From a bacterium (lineage in GTDB: Bacteria; CG03): a DNA stretch of 50,902 bases. Position numbers and translations under genes: made by a program. This document shows, piece by piece, positions 45,773 to 50,902 of the stretch (its first letter is position 1; each line of letters opens with the position of its first letter). Location of the stretch: the NCBI GenBank assembly GCA_013791675.1, contig VMTI01000239.1, forward strand, positions 1 to 50,902. The letters are read 5' to 3'. The notes beneath the pieces were generated by a model. That model did no database searches, had not been told where the DNA came from, and worked only from the letters and a program-made list of their open reading frames with translations.

Positions 45773-46291
45773 ATGAGAATAGAGATAATACAGGCGGATA
45801 TAACGCGGCTTAAGGTTGATGCCATCGTCAATGCGGCAAATAAGACTTTGTGCGGGGGCGGCGGAGTGGACGGCGCGATTCACAGAGCCGCCGGAGCCCG
45901 GCTGCTGGCGGAGTGCAGGGCCTTAAACGGCTGTGAAACAGGACATGTGAAAATAACAAAGGGATATGATCTGCCGGCAAAGTGTGTGATCCACGCTGTC
46001 GGGCCCGTGTGGAACGGCGGCAACAGGGATGAAGAAGCTCTGCTGGCCTCCTGTTACAGGGAAAGCATTCTGCTGGCGGATGAGCACAAGCTGAGATCTA
46101 TTGCTTTTCCGGCGATCAGCTGCGGTGTTTACAGGTTCCCGATAGAGAAGGCGGCTGACATCGCAATAAGGTCAACATTGGAGACAGCGGAAAACACTTC
46201 GATCGAACACATCATCTTTGCCTGTTTTGAGGACAGGATCGAGAAAGCTCTCAAGGACAGTTTGTATAATGCGGGACATGAGGAGATATAA
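45773..46291 (+). CDS. ymdB: macro-domain protein (O-acetyl-ADP-ribose deacetylase / ADP-ribose hydrolase type)
   Basis: [34 protein letters not shown] and [11 protein letters not shown]. Internal ATG 45773 gives the family-typical N-terminus (the ORF track starts at 45725). Confidence 0.85.
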   Translation: MRIEIIQADITRLKVDAIVNAANKTLCGGGGVDGAIHRAAGARLLAECRALNGCETGHVKITKGYDLPAKCVIHAVGPVWNGGNRDEEALLASCYRESILLADEHKLRSIAFPAISCGVYRFPIEKAADIAIRSTLETAENTSIEHIIFACFEDRIEKALKDSLYNAGHEEI

Positions 46292-47050
46292 ATGGGAAAC
46301 TGGTCAAAATTCATAGGGGCGGGATTAGGTTGGGCTCTTGGAGGGCCTATCGGCGCTGTAGCGGGGTATTTTATCGCCGGAGCAATGGATCCGGACGCCG
46401 GCGCTGAACTTCATAACCCTGCCAATCGCGGACACATAGTCTTTACAAATCTCATCGCCTTTATGGCCCTGATTGTTAAGGCGGATAATAAGATCAAAGA
46501 GTCGGAAAAGAAAAGCGCTATGGATATACTGTCCCAAATGTTTAAGCTGGATCATCAGGATCAGGCGTTAAGCAGACAGATGTTTACGAAGTTTCTGAAC
46601 GAACACATAGATGTGGATGAACTCTGCGCCGGTTTTAATAAGATCGCTGACGGGGATATGAAGATTGTTCTTATGGAAATACTTTTTAAAATAGCGTTGA
46701 GCGATATGGAATTTCATCCGTTGGAAGAAAAGCTTATAGACGATATCGCCTCGCAACTTGGTTTCAGCGAATATGAGATCCGTTCAATGAAGGTTTCTTA
46801 TACATCGGCGCACGGGGATGGAGCCAAAACCGCCGGCGGCGCTCAGGATATAAAAAAGTATTATGACATATTGGAACTTCCGTACAACGCTTCTTTGGAC
46901 GAGATTAAAAAAGCTTACAGAAAACTTATGCTGAAATATCATCCGGACAGATTCGCCGGCATAGATCCTGTCGCCCATGAATTAATAAACGCAAAAGCCG
47001 CCGAGATCAACGAAGCGTATAATAAGGTGCAGAGCGCAAAACAGAATTAG
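46292..47050 (+). CDS. djlA: DjlA-like co-chaperone (TM + TerB-like domain + C-terminal J domain)
   Basis: C-terminal [31 protein letters not shown] with HPD. N-terminal Gly-rich TM. Its ATG directly abuts the macro gene's TAA. Confidence 0.72.
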   Translation: MGNWSKFIGAGLGWALGGPIGAVAGYFIAGAMDPDAGAELHNPANRGHIVFTNLIAFMALIVKADNKIKESEKKSAMDILSQMFKLDHQDQALSRQMFTKFLNEHIDVDELCAGFNKIADGDMKIVLMEILFKIALSDMEFHPLEEKLIDDIASQLGFSEYEIRSMKVSYTSAHGDGAKTAGGAQDIKKYYDILELPYNASLDEIKKAYRKLMLKYHPDRFAGIDPVAHELINAKAAEINEAYNKVQSAKQN

Positions 47051-47103
47051 ACAATAGGCCTGAGACATTTCAGGGCCGGCAAACTTAAGCGGCCCGACAC
47101 ACA

Positions 47104-47129
47104 TTACGGGCGCTTGACAAGTATATCAC
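47104..47129 (+). repeat. 26-bp perfect direct repeat, copy 1 (contains TTGACA)
   Basis: tacgggcgcttgacaagtatatcaca is identical to 47335-47360. Confidence 0.95.
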
Positions 47130-47142
47130 AAGGATTTGATAG

Positions 47143-47227
47143 CAGTAATTTATGGAATATGCGTAAATTCTATCAGACGTATCCAATTCTCGACGCAGTG
47201 CGTCGAGAATTAAGCTGGACACACTTT
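47143..47227 (+). pseudogene. frameshifted fragment of a DUF1016/YhcG-type gene (N-terminal region)
   Basis: Reads SNLWNM|RKFYQTYPILDAVRRELSWTHF only if one extra G at 47160-47161 is skipped. The family motif recalled from E. coli YhcG is NLWRMRQFY....SWSH. Confidence 0.5.
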
Positions 47228-47229
47228 TG

Positions 47230-47301
47230 CGCAACATCAGGCAATTTTATCTTTCCTATCCAAAATGTGACGCACTGCGTCACGAATTAAGCTGGATGCA
47301 T
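47230..47301 (+). pseudogene. second, diverged fragment of the same DUF1016/YhcG-type region
   Basis: RNIRQFYLSYPKCDALRHELSWMH, in a different frame and directly in tandem with fragment 1. Confidence 0.5.
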
Positions 47302-47334
47302 TCCGCATCTCGCTGTCCGCCGCCATCGCACTCG

Positions 47335-47360
47335 TACGGGCGCTTGACAAGTATATCACA
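47335..47360 (+). repeat. 26-bp perfect direct repeat, copy 2
   Basis: Identical to 47104-47129. Confidence 0.95.
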
Positions 47361-47372
47361 TTGTGATAAAAT
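47344..47372 (+). promoter_or_regulatory. strong sigma70-type promoter
   Basis: TTGACA, 17-nt spacer, TAAAAT, with an extended -10 TG. AAGGAGGG RBS before ATG 47402. Confidence 0.65.
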
Positions 47373-47401
47373 ACAGCAAAGGAAGAAAAAAGGAGGGCAA
47401 T

Positions 47402-47590
47402 ATGAAATATGAAGTTAAGCTGGAACGAGACAAGAGGGAATCAGCAGTAATAACTGTCGACGCTAAAGATGAAGATGACGCCAGCGAAAAAGCTTTGGAT
47501 ATTGCCGGGCCGTACGGGAGCTGTGTTGATTTTGATAATGAGGGAAGTTGTCCAAGAGTTTATGTCAGTGATATAGAGGAACTGGGGTAA
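47402..47590 (+). CDS. small acidic hypothetical protein (62 aa)
   Basis: Strong RBS. TAATG overlap with the downstream DUF1016 gene. Confidence 0.55.
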   Translation: MKYEVKLERDKRESAVITVDAKDEDDASEKALDIAGPYGSCVDFDNEGSCPRVYVSDIEELG

Positions 47591-48717
47591 TGAAACCAAA
47601 AAAGAAATCCGGACAAGCCGTGATTAAAGCTACCAAGTCCCCAGTAATAGGGTATAGCTCAGTTCTTAAAAATATTCTTGAAATTATTAATGATGCCCGG
47701 CGATATTCCGCGAAATCAATTAATGCTGTTATGACGGCAACTTACTGGGAGATAGGCAGAAGGATTGTTGAACTTGAGCAGGCCGGAAAGAAAAGGGCAG
47801 AATATGGGAAGGGATTGATTAATAAACTTTCTGCTGATTTAACAACCAAATTTCGCCGAGGGTTTGGCGTGGATAATCTGCAAAGAATGCGTCTTTTTTA
47901 TACATATTTTCAAGGAGACTTAATTTACGCGACACTGTCGCGTAAATCTATTCTTAATATTCAGGATGCAGTCAAGTATTTTCCTCTCCCCTGGTCGGCA
48001 TATGTTGCCTTGCTGTCTGTGAAAAATGACAGTGCCCGGAAATTTTATGAAGACGAAACCCTCCGATGCGGCTGGTCAATCCGCCAGTTAAACAGACAGA
48101 TCAATTCAATGTTTTATGAGCGAACGGCGCTGTCCCGCAATAAGGCAAAGATGCTTCAAGAAGGGGCTATTGCCTTAAAAGAAGACATTGTAAGTCCTGA
48201 AGAAGAGATAAAAGATCCATGTGTTCTGGAGTTTCTAAGTCTTAAGGATGAATATTCCGAAGGCGCTCTTGAAGAAGCTCTTGTTTTACATTTGGAGAAA
48301 TTCCTTCTTGAACTAGGAGAAGACTTCGCGTTTATAAGCCGTCAAAAACGTTTACGAATCGGGGATAAGTGGTACAGGGTTGACCTCTTGTTTTTTCATA
48401 GAAGGTTAAAATGCCTTGTAGTTGTTGACTTAAAAGTCGGGGAATTCACACACGCTGATGCCGGGCAGATGCACATGTATCTGAACTATGCGAAAGAACA
48501 CTGGACAAATACCGGTGAAAATCCTCCTGTCGGATTGATCCTTTGCGCTCAAAAAAATGAATCGCTTGCGAAATATGCGCTTAAAGATTTACCGAACAAA
48601 GTTATGACTGCGGAATATAAGACTGTTTTACCGGACGTGAGATTACTTGCCGGAGAATTAAAGAAAACACAAAAAATGCTGGAAGGACGTAAATCATTAG
48701 AAGAAAAGGAGGATTGA
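47590..48717 (+). CDS. DUF1016/YhcG-family PD-(D/E)xK nuclease-like protein
   Basis: 375 aa. NLQRMRLFYTYF ... LPWSAYVALLSV N-domain, and a C-terminal D...VVVDLKVG (D-x-K) nuclease core. Confidence 0.75.
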   Translation: MKPKKKSGQAVIKATKSPVIGYSSVLKNILEIINDARRYSAKSINAVMTATYWEIGRRIVELEQAGKKRAEYGKGLINKLSADLTTKFRRGFGVDNLQRMRLFYTYFQGDLIYATLSRKSILNIQDAVKYFPLPWSAYVALLSVKNDSARKFYEDETLRCGWSIRQLNRQINSMFYERTALSRNKAKMLQEGAIALKEDIVSPEEEIKDPCVLEFLSLKDEYSEGALEEALVLHLEKFLLELGEDFAFISRQKRLRIGDKWYRVDLLFFHRRLKCLVVVDLKVGEFTHADAGQMHMYLNYAKEHWTNTGENPPVGLILCAQKNESLAKYALKDLPNKVMTAEYKTVLPDVRLLAGELKKTQKMLEGRKSLEEKED

Positions 48718-48718
48718 A

Positions 48719-49132
48719 ATGAGAAAAGGTGGCAATGAAAAAAAGAAAAGAAAATATTTGTCGGTGTACTTCCCGCTGATAGACGGGGACGGGAAGCGGC
48801 ACACGAAGAATTTGTGCATCGCGTTCAATGATGAGGAAAAACCGCTGTTTGAAAAGCTGGAAAAGTTAAACTCGCAGGAGATTAAAAAAGCCATAGGGAT
48901 ATTCACTTACAAGCGGCTCATGGAACTTTCAGAAAAAGAAAACAGAAAGCCCACGGAATTGATTAAGATAAGACTGGCGGAAAAGTTAATTCATCGGGGC
49001 CGGCGCGTCAAAAGGAATATTGAAATTAATCCGGCCATGATAAAAAAATGGGTCGGCGTTTTAAACAAGAGCGATAATAAAATCTACGGCGACATCGCGG
49101 AATTTTTAGAAAGCTTAATAGCGCCGGAGTGA
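48719..49132 (+). CDS. hypothetical 137-aa protein
   Basis: The ORF starts 1 nt after the upstream stop. No motif recognised. Confidence 0.45.
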   Translation: MRKGGNEKKKRKYLSVYFPLIDGDGKRHTKNLCIAFNDEEKPLFEKLEKLNSQEIKKAIGIFTYKRLMELSEKENRKPTELIKIRLAEKLIHRGRRVKRNIEINPAMIKKWVGVLNKSDNKIYGDIAEFLESLIAPE

Positions 49133-49151
49133 ATACCACCCTGAGGATTTT

Positions 49152-49262
49152 ATGTTTAAATTATCAAATAACGAAAAAGATGAACTGGTCGCAAATTGCG
49201 ACCAGTTCAAAAGTTTGAAGCACTCAACTGCAAATCCTCAAGGAGAATGGGTTTTTGATTAA
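49152..49262 (+). pseudogene. 36-codon fragment resembling the middle of ORF6N-family proteins
   Basis: From memory, EKDELVANCDQFKSLKHSTANP resembles the ...LV.NCD.F..LKHS...P(yAFTEHG) segment. It is truncated before the AFTE motif and contains a 21-nt perfect palindrome. Confidence 0.3.
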
Positions 49263-49281
49263 CAGAACAAAAGGAGAGAAA

Positions 49282-49491
49282 ATGAAAAAGAAAATCACGG
49301 AAGCGAAAGACGAACGAAAACCTATCATTATTCTTGGAGTGGCGATAGACCCTATCTCAATGCCCCGGCTTTACCGTAGAGCCGCTAAAGATCCGGGCTG
49401 GGTGGAAATGCGGGTCAAGGGAATGATGAAGGCGCAGGGCTTCAAAAGGCCCGGCATGCCGATGGCGATACTGGACAGCGATCTACATTGA
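49282..49491 (+). CDS. small hypothetical protein (69 aa)
   Basis: AAGGAGAG RBS before ATG 49282. The C-terminal ...GMPMAILDSDLH is repeated as a fragment at 50431-50481. Confidence 0.4.
   Translation: MKKKITEAKDERKPIIILGVAIDPISMPRLYRRAAKDPGWVEMRVKGMMKAQGFKRPGMPMAILDSDLH
49432..49482 (+). repeat. 51-bp repeat, copy 1
   Basis: gcgcagggcttcaaaaggcccggcatgccgatggcgatactggacagcgat. Copy 2 is at 50431-50481 with a few mismatches. Confidence 0.85.
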
Positions 49492-49589
49492 AAAGCAGGG
49501 ATCTTCATCCCGCATTGACGCGACTGCCCACTTGACAAAACATCCCTAAAGCTATACACTTATCAATAAGTGTATAGGATTAGGGAATT

Positions 49590-50189
49590 ATGGAAAAAGA
49601 AAAAAAACTGATCAATTATCTGCGAAACAAGGGCGGCATAGCAAGTTACGCCGAAATCATAGAGGCGGGGTTTAATAAAATCATCATCAGGGACACGCTG
49701 AATTCAGGCCGGATACAAAAGATAAACAGGGGCCTATATAAGCTGTCGAGCGGCATAACACTTTCAAATCCTGATCTTGTATCAGTCGCTCTTGAAGCGC
49801 CGGAGGGGGTTATCTGCCTGCTTTCCGCTCTTTCATACCATGAACTGACAGACGAGATCCCGAAATATGTTGATGCGGCTATTCCGCGCGGCCATCACGC
49901 TAACATAATAAAATATCCGCCGGTGCATTTTTACCGTTTCTCGTCAAAAACCTGGTCGGCGGGTATAACAAAATATGATATAGGCGGGCACGAGGTCAAA
50001 ATTTACAATATAGCTAAAACGATCGCCGACTGCTTTAAGTTTCGTAGTAAGATAGGCATTAATGTCGCCCGGGAAGCGCTTAAAACAGCTGTGCGGGAAA
50101 AAGGAGAGAAACCTGCCCGGATAATGAAATATGCCAAACTTTGCCGGGTTACGGCTATTGTTCAGCCCATTCTTGAGGCCATGATATGA
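49590..50189 (+). CDS. AbiEi-family type IV antitoxin / transcriptional regulator
   Basis: The N-terminal L..YLRNKGGIASYAEIIEAGF....I.....SGRIQKINRGLYKL pattern matches the AbiEi N-domain. 4-nt overlap with the downstream AbiEii-like ORF. Confidence 0.75.
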   Translation: MEKEKKLINYLRNKGGIASYAEIIEAGFNKIIIRDTLNSGRIQKINRGLYKLSSGITLSNPDLVSVALEAPEGVICLLSALSYHELTDEIPKYVDAAIPRGHHANIIKYPPVHFYRFSSKTWSAGITKYDIGGHEVKIYNIAKTIADCFKFRSKIGINVAREALKTAVREKGEKPARIMKYAKLCRVTAIVQPILEAMI

Positions 50190-50380
50190 AGAATGAGATC
50201 ACAAATATAAAGGCTTCTGTGCGAGCCCGTCTTCAGAACAAGGCGAGGGAAACGGGCAAACCTTTCGCGGAAATCCTTCAATATTATGGGATGGAAAGAT
50301 TTCTTTACAGATTCAGCTGTTCCGAATATGTCAATAAATTTATTTTAAAAGGCGCGCTCATGTTCACTGAAGTTGGATAA
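50186..50380 (+). pseudogene. AbiEii/AbiGii nucleotidyltransferase toxin, truncated to 64 codons
   Basis: SVRARLQNKARETGKPFAEILQYYGMERFLYRFSCSEYVNKFILKGALMF is the family N-terminus. The frame stops right after it, and full-length members are several-fold longer. Confidence 0.7.
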
Positions 50381-50430
50381 GTGCTGGAGCGCGCGGGGTT
50401 TTTGGAAATAAAAAATTATCAGCCGCCGGG

Positions 50431-50481
50431 GCGCAGGGTTTTAAAAAGCCCGGCATGCCGATGGCGATACTAGACAGCGAT
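50431..50481 (+). repeat. 51-bp repeat, copy 2 (orphan C-terminal gene fragment)
   Basis: It would translate to AQGFKKPGMPMAILDSDL*, matching the end of the 49282 ORF. Confidence 0.85.
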
Positions 50482-50534
50482 TTATAGATTTTGTCTCTTG
50501 ATGTTTGGGCGGGGCAATTGGTATTATAAAGCAA

Positions 50535-50804
50535 ATGAAAAAGCTCAAAGGTATGTTAATTATTCGGCCGGATGGGAAGAGCGCTCCTGTGACTGGGAAA
50601 GCGGAGTTAGAATACAATGTGGCAAATGCGCTGTCATCCTCGCCCACAGAAAGATTCAAGCAGTTGAATGAGTTCCTTAAGCTCGCTGCCACCTTCAAAA
50701 AAGTTAAAAAAAACTGGCCGACCGGTGTTTTTAAATTCAAAACCTTTAAGGATGCTGATAAATGGCGATTCAAAATAATCACAGGGGCAAACCGCGCTTG
50801 CTAA
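50535..50804 (+). CDS. hypothetical small protein upstream of an NTase-like gene
   Basis: ATG 50535 (the ORF track starts at TTG 50505). No motif recognised. Confidence 0.4.
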   Translation: MKKLKGMLIIRPDGKSAPVTGKAELEYNVANALSSSPTERFKQLNEFLKLAATFKKVKKNWPTGVFKFKTFKDADKWRFKIITGANRAC

Positions 50805-50902
50805 CAACAAAAGATTTAGTTTTTCTTTGTAAAAAACTAAACGATTCCGGTGTCAAATATGTCCTGATTGGCGGTTTTGCCGTTAATTACTACGGTTTTT
50901 CC
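50762..50902 (+). CDS. partial nucleotidyltransferase-fold protein (runs off the window)
   Basis: Not in the ORF track. The frame is open from ATG 50762 (or TTG 50798) to the window end. VKYVLIGGFAVNYYGF resembles VPVLIGGKALALFGS of the 30673 ORF. Confidence 0.4.
   Translation, partial: MAIQNNHRGKPRLLTTKDLVFLCKKLNDSGVKYVLIGGFAVNYYGFS

Overview
Bacterial chromosomal window with no rRNA, tRNA, CRISPR array, transposase or integrase seen. All domain calls below come from reading motifs in the supplied translations by eye; no searches or computations were run.

The backbone looks roughly 50 percent GC and carries housekeeping genes: the ppdK 3' end, an SPFH protein, ispG, a U32 peptidase, an RND pump with a TolC-like gene, corA, a DEAD-box helicase, tpx, a macro-domain protein and a DjlA-like protein. 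Visibly AT-richer accessory blocks interrupt it.

1. Two cassettes (3.4-10.9 kb and 20.4-28.3 kb) encode large secreted proteins with FlgD-Ig / T9SS-CTD-like C-termini, each followed by a PorV/PorQ-like outer-membrane barrel. The second cassette sits behind a sigma70-type promoter, a GEMM-I (c-di-GMP-I) riboswitch-like aptamer and an intrinsic terminator.
2. Several toxin-antitoxin modules are present: MNT/HepT, RHH/RelE, AbiEi with a truncated AbiEii, and two small-ORF + nucleotidyltransferase pairs.
3. A 0.93-kb direct duplication brackets smr-tpx.
4. Most interesting is a very AT-rich island (about 34.3-45.3 kb) without mobility genes.
   - It starts with a 4-TM protein and a DGQHR (DndB/DpdB-type ParB/Srx-fold) protein.
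   - A tightly packed operon follows: DUF1232 protein, ParB/Srx-like protein (one in-frame TAA), small nuclease-like ORF, SNF2 ATPase, second ParB/Srx-like paralogue, and a radical-SAM enzyme with a B12-binding-like N-domain.
   - A lipoprotein, a second DUF1232 protein and a 4x zinc-ribbon-JAB/MPN protein complete it.
   - This gene combination does not match any defence or DNA-modification system I recognise. It is my candidate for the undescribed system.
5. The 47.1-50.9 kb stretch is a mosaic of decayed defence/TA gene fragments with conserved palindromes.
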